A stretch of DNA of 42,942 bases, taken from NCBI GenBank assembly GCA_937959375.1, contig CALGLS010000047.1:1-42942 (forward strand), read 5' to 3'. Positions 16,001 to 24,553 of this stretch are shown piece after piece. This stretch comes from an uncultured Saprospiraceae bacterium. Its GTDB lineage: Bacteria > Bacteroidota > Bacteroidia > Chitinophagales > Saprospiraceae. A program made the translations under genes and the position numbers. The notes beneath the pieces were generated by a model. The model did not search any database. It saw nothing but the letters and a program-made list of their open reading frames with translations, and was not told the DNA's origin. Position 1 is the first letter of the stretch; each line of letters begins with the position of its first letter.

Positions 16001-19000
16001 GTTTAAACCAATAACTTCATTACTCCCATGTCCAAAATCATATATATTGGCAAAAGAATTTCCTGTAGGTGCATGTTCTACCACCGAGAATATTTGCATT
16101 CCTCCATTATCGGAATAAATATAATCTGATCCAAGATGTAATCCATCTGAGTAAATATCAGTAAAACTTCCATCAAAACTAATCCCTGGATGATAGTTGA
16201 TCGCATTTTCTTCATAAGTAGGATCATCGGTAGAATTAACATCTGAATTTGCAGAATAAAAATTAGTGGATCGGTCTGCCCAACTCGTTACATCATCACC
16301 AAAGACGGTTGTATTAGTTCCTTGTTCTGCATCAAGCCATAATTGTAAATTGGTTTGTACGCCGCCGGGATAAGCTTCATCAATTCGGCCATCTCCGTTA
16401 TCGTCGATACCATTTCCACAAATTTCCTCTGAGGCACAAGGATTGACATCTGTAATTTGAATAAAAACTTCAGAGGTATCTACACAAGCATTTCCATTGG
16501 TAAGCGTGTATAAAAATGAGATTAAAGAATCACTATTTAATGGACAATCACCTGGAGCAGTAAACGTGAATGCTCCTGAATTTGGATCAGCTAATGTCAC
16601 AGAACCTACAGTAGGTTGAGCAATGATATTAAACGTAAGAGAATTGTTTCCAGACAAATCTACACCATTCAATGTATCAGAAAAAGAGGTGAGCTCATCA
16701 GTTTGATAATTTTGAGTCCAGATCAATATACGGTTACTTGCGTATTCTGCTAAAGCTAAATAGGTTTGGTTCCCTTCCGTGAATACCACTGCCTGGCCCG
16801 AGTTTCGAATTCCTGTAGCAGATGTGCTAGCTCCTGTTGAAGTAAAGTCAGGTTGTCCTAATACGTAATCACCATCTGCGCCATTTGCTTTTGAATTAGC
16901 ATCTATAAAAACAAGAATTCTTGGTCCATAATCAGATACATATAAATTTCCTGCTTTATCAGAACTCAATTGATATGGAACATCGATAGAGCTTGCAGAT
17001 AAACTAAAAGTAGTGGTTGTGAAATCGGTTTGACCAAGTACACGATCCGCATCTGCACCATTTGATTTATTTTTAGCATCTTCCCAGATCAGTATTCTAT
17101 TGTCCGCAGCAGCTCCAACATACAAGTCACCATCAATCACTGTGACACCCGATGTTGCATTGGTCGTTGAAATAGTTCCACCAGATGAAGCCGTTACAAA
17201 ATCAGGCTGTCCAAGAACACCATCTGCATCTGCACCGTTGGCTTTACTAGCTGCCGCATCATATCTTAGGGTTCTTCTATTTCCTCCATCCGTAACCCAT
17301 AATGTCCCGTCTGGTTCAATAGCCAGTCCAATGGGTTGATTGAGCTTAGAGGCAGTTATTGCTGCTGTTCTTGTAACAAAGTCTGTTTGCCCCAATACGC
17401 CATCTGCGTTTGCTCCACTTGTTATCGTAGAAGCATTATCAAATCGTAAAACTCTATTGTTATCAAAATCAACGACCCAAAGGCTTCCATTTTGATCAAC
17501 CTGAATAGCGGTTAAGCGATTAAATTTATTCGCAGCTAAACCACTTGTATTACTAATAAAATCAGTTTGTCCAAGTACTACTTCAGCAGGATCTCCATTT
17601 AGGAAAGCTGCTTTAGAGCCAAAACGAAGAATTCGATTATTCATTTGTTCTGCAACAAAAACTTTCCCACTAGATTCATCGACAGCAATTCCTCGTGGAT
17701 CACGGAAGGTTGTGTCAGAAAGGCCATTTGTATTAGAAGTAAAATCTTCTTGACCAACTACTTGATAAGCGGTTTGTCCATTTTCATATCCTATGACAGA
17801 AACGCCACAATCTGGATCATCACAATCGATTAAGCCATCTCCATCATCGTCAAGACCATTATCACAGATCTCTGGTGGAACGCCCAAGACAATGCTTTGA
17901 TTATTACCAAATTCAGAAGTATTGTTAGTCGGATCAATAGCAAGTGCCGTAATTGGTGTATTTGCAGCTAGACCTTTTCCTGTTACATCAAATGTAAATT
18001 CAAAACGATTTTCTGTTTTTGAAGCAGTGGCTCCTGTTCCATCATCGGTGTAGGAACTAGTGGAAGCATCTACATCACCGACACTACCTTCCAATTCTGA
18101 GTCGATAAAAATATGTCCCTCTCCAAAGCTACTCGTATAAGCGGGAGGAAGTGGACTTGGGTTAGTTGATAAATCCGTTACATAAAATTCTACTTCAGAA
18201 CCTGCAGGAGCAAATCCGGTAATGATTAAATCATCGCCAACTAAAGTAGCGCCATCAATCACAGGAAAATTTAGTAAGTTATTTTCTCCTGTATCTACAT
18301 CCCCATCATCATTGGGTGTAACAGAAAAACTACCTAGTGGGTTATTCAAACCAATACCTAGACCAGCATTATTAGCAAATTGATTTCTACTAATTCGATT
18401 ATTCACTCCAGTTCCTAAGATAGCAATTCCAGAATCTCCATTATTTTGAATTCGATTTCCAACGAACAACTCATTGGTATTAAGCATAGAAGGTGCCCAA
18501 CCAATAATTGTATTTGAAGAAGCACTCTCTAAATATATTCCTCTATTTTGGTTGCCTAATGGTGTCAACCAATCTGATGCAATACCTATTACATTTCCGG
18601 CTATTATCGAGGTACCTGTGCTGTTTATTCGAATTCCATCTCCTGTATGCCCTGATATAATATTGTATTCAACAGTATCATTTACATTATCTCCATTTGT
18701 TCCGATTATCGTATTGGTAAAAGCCCCATAGATATAAATTCCATTTGATCCTAACAGAGCTGTTGTACCAGTTAAATCTGTTCCAAGATAATTACCCGCG
18801 ACTATATTTCCGTCTCCTGTCCCGGCAGATGAAAACCGAATGCCCGTATTTCCTACAATAATATTTCGTTCTGAAACATCATGAATACCATTTGAGTTAG
18901 TTCCTATAATGTTATGATTATTATCATCCGTTAATTGAATCCCATAGTCTGTATTCTCTAACAATCCTAATCCGACTACATCGGTACCGATATAATTTCC

Positions 19001-21871
19001 AGAAACGACAAGACTATCACATCTTACAATTCGAATACCATCATTGCCACTTCCTGAAATTATATTTCTAAATTGATTCTGGTCTGAATTTGGCATATCA
19101 TCTTTAAATCCAATATAATTTGGTCGAGTAGAGAAACTGCTGTAAACACCCACAAAGAGATTTCCTTGCTCTACCATACCTGTTTTATCTGTACCAACAA
19201 AGTTGCCTGCAACCAAGACATTCTCGTTCCCAACCATTTGAAGACCAAAATTAGAGTTAGAAATAAGATTTCCTTCATTCGCATCATTTACATTATCTCC
19301 ATTGGTTCCTATAAATGAATTTACAGTCTGATAAAGATGAATACCAGATCCATCATTGACAGAGGCCAGTATTCCATCTGCTTCCATTCCAATATAATTC
19401 CCCCAAATAAAAATGCTTTCCAATCCACTAATAGATGCATAAATTCCTCTACTAAAATCATGAATCGCCAATCCAGAAACTGTGATACTATCATCACGAA
19501 TCACTAGAGCATCAAAAGTCGTGGTATTACCATCCAATTCAATATTAATGGTACGACTTGAAATAGGTCCTTGCGACGAACCGTTTTGGGTATACCCTGT
19601 TATTTCTGTTCTTGGATCTTCAACAAATGGTAATTGGGTCAGCGGTTGAATCACATGTGGTCCAGCTCCTGGTATCATAAATAAGGAAACTTCCCATCCC
19701 TGTTCTTTTGGATAGGATTCACCTCCTGCTGGATTATTTCGTTGATTTATATTTGTATTATCTAACTCATTACTATTTAAAATAAACTGACGTAAGGAAC
19801 CTTGTCCACTATCATTTGTGTTGACAATAACGTCGAAGTTAAACCCAAAGTCAACGCCATAGATATGATTATCAACAATAGTAATTGGTGTCAAAGATTG
19901 AACAGTGGCTGTGGCACTAGTAAGTGTTGATAGATTAGCGGATGTTGTGTTCATACTTGTATCCACTAGAGCAGGATTAGCTCCACCTACTTCATTCACT
20001 ATATCTGTTGTTCCGTCTGATCTAAAAGTTTGCACTCCAACCGCAGTTTGTCCTGTTGCATTACTAACTCTGTTCGAGTAGATAGTGCTATTAACTACAC
20101 GAACTTGATAATTCCCTGGAGGCAAATTTATAAACGTATATTGACCAGCTATGTTTGTAACGGCATCGTTTACAAAATTCCCAGCATTATCGTAGAGTTC
20201 AATGCGAGTACTAGTAATCCCAATATCACCTGCGGTCCATCCTATTGCTTGAACGTCTGCGGTGCTATAATCACGACCATTTCCTCCTCCATAATTAATG
20301 TCTTCGAAAATGGTTCCAGTAACATTAAATTCCGTTGCACAAGGAGAAGCAGGTGCAGGTGAGATAGATCCATCATCCGTGTTAGAAAAAGTATCGTCCG
20401 TAAAAGCATAAGAAGAGGCATCTGTTGGAAGGGTTTGATTGGTGTATGCTGCAGCATCAGCTAATTGCATTTTGTTACCATTCATAATATAAAATCCTCC
20501 GGTGTTATCAAGGTTTTTGATATCACTACCTGAGATATTCGCATCGCCTCCCTTTGTATTGTTATAAAACAAACAATTGGTGATACTCGTTTCTGTTTCT
20601 CTATGAGAGATGGCTCCTCCCCAACTAGCTGCATTAGCTTTATTATTTACGAAAGTACAACTATCAATATCCCATCCATTAGGAAAGGAAGCTGATCCCT
20701 CAATACGCAAAGCGCCTCCTCCATTTGTTCCTGCAAAAGAGCCAACCCCCAAAGCTTCGTTACCTGAGAAGATACAATTATTAGCGGTACTTCGAATACT
20801 TGAGTACCAAGAAGTTGAATTTATGGCTCCACCATCAATGGCAACATTATCGTAAAATTGACAATTATCTAATTGCCAACTTGAGACAGAAGCAGATATC
20901 GCTCCCCCATCATTCGGGGTAGCTGCATTACCAACAAAAGTGGTATTAGAAATATTTGCACTTGTATTGGTCGCATATATTGCACCACCAAATTCGTTCG
21001 TTGTATTATCACTAAAAAAAGAGCTATCGATAACCGTATTATGGCTATTGTAAGAATGAATAGCGCCTCCTCTTGCCGCGGGAGCAGAGTTTGTACAAAA
21101 ATCTGTATTCTTAATGGTCCATGCATGTGTAGTACCAAAGTAAATGGCCCCTCCTCCAACTGAATTAGCAGAATTATTCTCGAATGTACAATTTAAAATA
21201 TTGAAATTTCCAGGAACTGCGGAGGTACCAACAGGAGTATTATATACTGCTTGAATGTACATTCCAGCTCCATTAGCTGCAGTATTATCATGAAATGAAC
21301 AATTTATAAAAGATATCTTGGCGTTGGCGTTTGTTTTGTCATTTATGAAAAAAATACCGTTAAAATCAGCAGCACAATTCCGAATTTCTAAATCGGTAAA
21401 AATAAATTCAATTGGATTAGAATTCCCAATATTTGAATGGAAAGCTGAGCCACTTGCACTATTCGCATTTTCGAGTATTAGACCTTTAATGCTAATATTG
21501 TCTACCAAACTCGTATTGTCAAAGATTCTATCTGAACCATCTCCATCTAGACTAGTTGGATTAGCGACGGGGTCATACCCACTGAGGTCTGTTCCGGTTG
21601 CACTAGCAGGAAATCCACCTTGTATTGAATGAGGCACATTAACAGAGAGGAGAATAGTGGCACTAGTAAAGTAAGCTCCACTAGCAATATATACCGTTCC
21701 ACCTGCCTCTATGGCAGCCTTCAAACCAGCTTCTCCAATGGCATTATCCCAATCGACTCCAGTCCCAGCACCTGTCGCAACATGTTTTACGAAAGTTTGA
21801 GCATTTAGAACTTGCATGCTTACGCAGAGGCAAAGTAGTAGTATTATATAATATCTTGGGTTAGTTATCAA
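13031..21871 (-). CDS. giant modular cell-surface/adhesin-like protein 2 (2946 aa), partial paralog of protein 1
   Basis: Uninterrupted 8.8-kb ORF. TTG start at 21871 (in-frame stop at 21887..21889). Signal peptide MITNPRYYIILLLCLCVSMQVLNA-Q. Order of parts: Pmp-like beta-helix; SdrD/Cna-B-like domain (VTGTIFEDINYGGGNGRDY...GQYTFINLPPGNYQVRV); a second PbH1-type beta-helix (GNYIGTD/GNVIG repeats); PPEICDNGLDDDGDGLIDCDDPDC; six NHL-like blades (VLGQ[TP]DF ... NR[IV]LR[FY]); the LamG-like cassette shared with protein 1; one discoidin+Ig module; TSP3-like repeats. It ends ...SCISNCGAQAPVLSKQ. Confidence 0.85.
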   Translation of the reverse strand: MITNPRYYIILLLCLCVSMQVLNAQTFVKHVATGAGTGVDWDNAIGEAGLKAAIEAGGTVYIASGAYFTSATILLSVNVPHSIQGGFPASATGTDLSGYDPVANPTSLDGDGSDRIFDNTSLVDNISIKGLILENANSASGSAFHSNIGNSNPIEFIFTDLEIRNCAADFNGIFFINDKTNANAKISFINCSFHDNTAANGAGMYIQAVYNTPVGTSAVPGNFNILNCTFENNSANSVGGGAIYFGTTHAWTIKNTDFCTNSAPAARGGAIHSYNSHNTVIDSSFFSDNTTNEFGGAIYATNTSANISNTTFVGNAATPNDGGAISASVSSWQLDNCQFYDNVAIDGGAINSTSWYSSIRSTANNCIFSGNEALGVGSFAGTNGGGALRIEGSASFPNGWDIDSCTFVNNKANAASWGGAISHRETETSITNCLFYNNTKGGDANISGSDIKNLDNTGGFYIMNGNKMQLADAAAYTNQTLPTDASSYAFTDDTFSNTDDGSISPAPASPCATEFNVTGTIFEDINYGGGNGRDYSTADVQAIGWTAGDIGITSTRIELYDNAGNFVNDAVTNIAGQYTFINLPPGNYQVRVVNSTIYSNRVSNATGQTAVGVQTFRSDGTTDIVNEVGGANPALVDTSMNTTSANLSTLTSATATVQSLTPITIVDNHIYGVDFGFNFDVIVNTNDSGQGSLRQFILNSNELDNTNINQRNNPAGGESYPKEQGWEVSLFMIPGAGPHVIQPLTQLPFVEDPRTEITGYTQNGSSQGPISSRTINIELDGNTTTFDALVIRDDSITVSGLAIHDFSRGIYASISGLESIFIWGNYIGMEADGILASVNDGSGIHLYQTVNSFIGTNGDNVNDANEGNLISNSNFGLQMVGNENVLVAGNFVGTDKTGMVEQGNLFVGVYSSFSTRPNYIGFKDDMPNSDQNQFRNIISGSGNDGIRIVRCDSLVVSGNYIGTDVVGLGLLENTDYGIQLTDDNNHNIIGTNSNGIHDVSERNIIVGNTGIRFSSAGTGDGNIVAGNYLGTDLTGTTALLGSNGIYIYGAFTNTIIGTNGDNVNDTVEYNIISGHTGDGIRINSTGTSIIAGNVIGIASDWLTPLGNQNRGIYLESASSNTIIGWAPSMLNTNELFVGNRIQNNGDSGIAILGTGVNNRISRNQFANNAGLGIGLNNPLGSFSVTPNDDGDVDTGENNLLNFPVIDGATLVGDDLIITGFAPAGSEVEFYVTDLSTNPSPLPPAYTSSFGEGHIFIDSELEGSVGDVDASTSSYTDDGTGATASKTENRFEFTFDVTGKGLAANTPITALAIDPTNNTSEFGNNQSIVLGVPPEICDNGLDDDGDGLIDCDDPDCGVSVIGYENGQTAYQVVGQEDFTSNTNGLSDTTFRDPRGIAVDESSGKVFVAEQMNNRILRFGSKAAFLNGDPAEVVLGQTDFISNTSGLAANKFNRLTAIQVDQNGSLWVVDFDNNRVLRFDNASTITSGANADGVLGQTDFVTRTAAITASKLNQPIGLAIEPDGTLWVTDGGNRRTLRYDAAASKANGADADGVLGQPDFVTASSGGTISTTNATSGVTVIDGDLYVGAAADNRILIWEDAKNKSNGADADRVLGQTDFTTTTFSLSASSIDVPYQLSSDKAGNLYVSDYGPRILVFIDANSKANGADGDYVLGQPDFTSTGASTSATGIRNSGQAVVFTEGNQTYLALAEYASNRILIWTQNYQTDELTSFSDTLNGVDLSGNNSLTFNIIAQPTVGSVTLADPNSGAFTFTAPGDCPLNSDSLISFLYTLTNGNACVDTSEVFIQITDVNPCASEEICGNGIDDNGDGRIDEAYPGGVQTNLQLWLDAEQGTNTTVFGDDVTSWADRSTNFYSANSDVNSTDDPTYEENAINYHPGISFDGSFTDIYSDGLHLGSDYIYSDNGGMQIFSVVEHAPTGNSFANIYDFGHGSNEVIGLNWTHIYSKNQTPTSHGGADEFFFHHTGPLATLVGLEIDFETDQTLLKNGSALQTTAIPGLTQITANEIAEVDTFGNVAAGPVTIGRQASSFALSQSRIFNGAISEVLVYNDTLSQSDQEKVNSYLAVKYGLTLNHNYYFSDGTLIKDITDGYANDIAGVGVDSCGALIQKQSKAVGDSAIISMAHLAYWATNSANTSTFISDQTALVWGHNGAAENASWNGTNYDIPNGGYLGIDRVWKFTETQDVQNVVLRVDVNDPEFDLPALPPFPSSDGTYHLFIDDDGDFSNGGTTVQEMSFVNGSTWETTIEDPTNSYFSIGMKVPEICNDGGDNDGDGDIDCADADCITIYHAVSQTNTGIINGDFAVGAPNFLSALFGSNDQMTLDLGTPLNVGKEYTLNITNGNGNMTIEESIDGINFSPASISPYSLSGAEDLVVTTTVHTRYVRLTLSSGGGNSLDLEAVTYGNCLCTPFPAIEEKYAINSDPEIVGDSVTLNQGDSLTLDIVGTYNTGTFIWSGPNSLYQVTDSGLARDHLYLVNIQTNQSGVYNVFYFDDLGCFDSVSIVVDVILPDEICGNGIDDDGDGDIDCADSDCSDFDNDGDLICDYLDLDDDNDGIPDIDEGCMTDTILAWNEITPAFTNVSGGTPSAVQSVAYTNADGTFNYNLYVDNPDDNTFNQTNIGSYHALSIDAIGLDSLQDFVDFAMDINNAPGVLLQEVSFVIGDIDRGGNVNTREVVDIVGYNGATPVAPIVTAKQTGFLVINAPDANQWVRTTTTTSDNLPFIPGDANAAGTAEQAAIDVVFNQPIDYIVIRYSQTGALSNGGIGLQTIFGTYCTDTDGDGVVNSLDLDSDNDGIFDVDEAGHGQTDANADGIIDGLSTSFGTNGLFDGVEVIADNGSLSYTIADSETTPDGIYDAYEIDADGDTCFDALEAGVVDGDTDGIAGTGVPSIDMNGRVTTITYASPPNSEWQNPLVGSCISNCGAQAPVLSKQ

Positions 21872-22187
21872 TGAAATATTTCTTTTCTACAATTGGTTTA
21901 AAAATCTATCCTTTTCTAATCCAGTTTCATATGTTTTTTTTTAAGGCCAAAACAGTAAAAAGTCCCATAACATAGAAGCATTTCCATATTATTCACTCAA
22001 TAACTTTGCCACATATTATTATTTTTCACATACATTTTTTTCTTTAATCTCCTCCTTATAGTTATCGAGCTCGCTTGTTTCTCGAATTCCTCTTTATCTA
22101 CGCAGGAAAATCACCAAATTAAGTTCTCTTAGATCGTAAATTGTTTGATAAAATTTAATCCTTTACCTTGAGGAAAAATAATGACCT

Positions 22188-23273
22188 ATGAATCAATTCA
22201 TTCCATCTTACATCATTGCATATTCTAACTCAGATTTTACCAATCCACATGAGGTAATTCTTCCCGAAGAACCTGAAGACCGTACTGCAAATTTTACGCA
22301 TATGGGGGTTCAATATTGGGGGCTAGAGACTAAGCGACATACTGCTACAAAAATTGATGGTCATGACAAACGAATATTTTATGACCACAACGCCTTTCAA
22401 TGGGTCAAAATTGGATTTAAAAACCGAGCAGAAATCTCTAACTTGAAGGTTAGCACTAAATGGTTTACAGGTAATCAAGTTCGTGCAATATCTGTAACCC
22501 TAATAGACGAATTAAACGGAACTGAAAAAGAGGTTATCACACAGCAGAAACTAGCGCCTGATCAAGATCATAATCTGAATTTTGAATCGACTACTGCTAC
22601 TGAATGTTTCGTCAAAATGTACTACGAAGGTGGAATATCAAGAATTAACTTTTTTGGGAAAATAACAAAAAAACAGCCATCTACCCGTACTAATATTTTA
22701 TCAAAAGCAAAGATTACAAATGTATCAAATGAACATTATGGTAACCCTAAAATGGCAGTAGAAGGCTGTAGAAAGGAAATGCATATGGTGGGTTGGGAAT
22801 CCGCTCGAACTGGTTTTGGAGAACAAGCTATTTTTCATTTAGAAAAGCCTGCAAACATTGAGGAAATTGTGGTTGACACTTATTTACATCGCCTTAATCC
22901 TCCATTGACTTGTCATATTTTTGGTCTACTGCATGATGCAAATAAATCTTTTCACGAAAGTGCATTGTTGATTCCTAGATGGTCTTTAAAATTTGAAGAT
23001 GAAACGATCATTAGTCCAACTAACTTTCAGCAATACATGTTGGATCAAGATTACCTCAATGAGTCTCTTACGAATACTTCGCGTTTTGAAATATTTTTAG
23101 ACAATCCTTCTAACTCTCCTTGGAAGGCAATTTTGCCTTTTGAGTCGCTATCAGCAGATACCTATCATCGGTTTACTGAATTTGAGCACGAGGGAACTTT
23201 CTCTCATTTACTTTATTTACATTATCCTAACGGAGGGATACATGGTTTGAAAGTCTTTGCATCAGAAGCGTAG
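22188..23273 (+). CDS. allantoicase-family protein (two-repeat, divergent)
   Basis: Two internal repeats resemble the allantoicase repeat as I recall it. Repeat 1 has WGLETKRH ... VSTKWFTGNQ ... YEGGISRINFFGK. Repeat 2 has VGWESARTG...IEEIVVDTYLHRLNPP ... LHYPNGGIHGLKVFA. Compare DGWETRR / IDTAHF.GN.P / PDGG[IV].R.R[LV].G in known allantoicases. Recognition is from memory only. Confidence 0.55.
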   Translation: MNQFIPSYIIAYSNSDFTNPHEVILPEEPEDRTANFTHMGVQYWGLETKRHTATKIDGHDKRIFYDHNAFQWVKIGFKNRAEISNLKVSTKWFTGNQVRAISVTLIDELNGTEKEVITQQKLAPDQDHNLNFESTTATECFVKMYYEGGISRINFFGKITKKQPSTRTNILSKAKITNVSNEHYGNPKMAVEGCRKEMHMVGWESARTGFGEQAIFHLEKPANIEEIVVDTYLHRLNPPLTCHIFGLLHDANKSFHESALLIPRWSLKFEDETIISPTNFQQYMLDQDYLNESLTNTSRFEIFLDNPSNSPWKAILPFESLSADTYHRFTEFEHEGTFSHLLYLHYPNGGIHGLKVFASEA

Positions 23274-23357
23274 TTTTCTAGTCTCAGGGCTGCACAATAA
23301 GTTCTTAGAGCATGTTTAAATTTAGGGAAGACTTCTAGCCTTTTTTGAGTAGGATTT

Positions 23358-24431
23358 TTATTGTATTTTAAAAACGGCGGTGCTAACTGATTTTGAGATG
23401 CTGCCATCTTCTTGAGTTTCCGTTAAGACTAAGTCTTGTGCTGCTGGTATGTTAAAAACAGCTTCCATATTATTGATTGGTGCGATGGTTATTTTTTTCT
23501 CCATACATTCAGCTTTAAAGTCTTTGTAGATTTTTTCGCCAATTGCTTTTTCCAAATATGCGTTTAATGCTACCCTATTTGCCAAACGTAATGAGTTTGT
23601 TAAAAATCGTTCATCACTAATTAACCCAGGCAAACTAAGGCATTCGCAGAGACCTTCATATTGTTTTTGTGTTCCCGTTCCTAAAATGATTCCAACCTTA
23701 TCTTTCGTTTGAAAAACATCTCCATAGGGTGCAATATTGGGATGTTGGCTTCCCATTCGCTGAGGTAATACGTTTGCGTTTAGCCAATTGCTGGCTTGAT
23801 TAGCGAGTGCTGCTACAGAAGCATCGAAGAGAGAAATACTGACAAAACTTCCTTTTCCTGTTTTATATTTTTTTAGTAATGCGATCAATACTCCTTGCTT
23901 GAGTTGGTGCGCAGCTAGGATATCGACTAATGCTACTGGCATTTTAACGGGTGGGCCATTCTTTTCGCCATTCATAAATATCCATCCCGTTTCTGCTTGA
24001 ATCATCACATCGAATCCGGGAGCTGGATTATCATCTCCGTAGGCCGTTATTGCGGCATAGATTAGATTGGGATTATGAACTTTCAGTGATTCGTAGTCCA
24101 TTTGTAACTTCGAAGCGGAATCTGCTTTAAAGTTACTGATGACGATATCTGCTTTCTTAATTAGCTCCAAAACTTCCTCTTGATCTTTTCCAGGGCGGAG
24201 ATCGAGTAATCGTTTTTCTTTTCCCCAGTTGATGCTATGATAGTAAGCGGAGTATTCATTGTTTGGATCCTCAACAGGTAGTTTCCATGATCGAGTGACA
24301 TCTCCTTTTGTCGACTTATTTTCGATCTTGATGACTTTGGCTCCTAGTTCTGCGAAGAACATACCTACTGCTGGACCAGCTAGGACGCTGGCTAGTTCTA
24401 CTACGATTAGGTCTTTGAATATTTCTTTCAT
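23358..24431 (-). CDS. family III CoA-transferase (CaiB/BaiF family)
   Basis: The N-terminus KDLIVVELASVLAGPAVGMFFAELGAKVIKIEN is the canonical family III CoA-transferase opening. The 357-aa length is consistent. Confidence 0.85.
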   Translation of the reverse strand: MKEIFKDLIVVELASVLAGPAVGMFFAELGAKVIKIENKSTKGDVTRSWKLPVEDPNNEYSAYYHSINWGKEKRLLDLRPGKDQEEVLELIKKADIVISNFKADSASKLQMDYESLKVHNPNLIYAAITAYGDDNPAPGFDVMIQAETGWIFMNGEKNGPPVKMPVALVDILAAHQLKQGVLIALLKKYKTGKGSFVSISLFDASVAALANQASNWLNANVLPQRMGSQHPNIAPYGDVFQTKDKVGIILGTGTQKQYEGLCECLSLPGLISDERFLTNSLRLANRVALNAYLEKAIGEKIYKDFKAECMEKKITIAPINNMEAVFNIPAAQDLVLTETQEDGSISKSVSTAVFKIQ

Positions 24432-24553
24432 ATGAATGAGGGCAATGCCCTTTTTAAAATTATCTGTACTGGTTAAGCGAAATCAATATTCAGCATTCTG
24501 CCTAGCGAGATTTTGATTTTGTAAAACTACTAAACACATGGTAAGCTTTTGAA

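Noticed and set aside
5343-21632. Many 60-110-aa ORFs inside the giant genes, antisense or in alternative frames (5343..5531, 6080..6316, 11152..11440, 12136..12327, 14566..14760, 17100..17339, 17645..17833, 18474..18731, 20030..20362, 20242..20457, 20610..20855, 20869..21159, 21318..21632)
   Set aside because: All lie entirely within long uninterrupted ORFs that have clear domain content. Their translations are low-complexity or biased, as expected for shadow frames of repetitive Gly/Asp/Asn-rich coding sequence. None has an independent start context or recognisable motif.
23222-23407. 61-aa minus ORF bridging the convergent ends of the allantoicase-like and CoA-transferase genes
   Set aside because: It overlaps the 3' ends of both well-supported genes and has no motif. 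It is a shadow ORF.
24440-24470. Small hairpin aggg-caatg-ccct followed by ttttt, upstream of the CoA-transferase start
   Set aside because: The stem is only 4 bp. The T-tract is on the plus strand, where there is no upstream plus-strand gene to terminate. On the minus strand it has no T-tract, so it is not a credible gabD terminator. gabD and the CoA-transferase gene may be co-transcribed.
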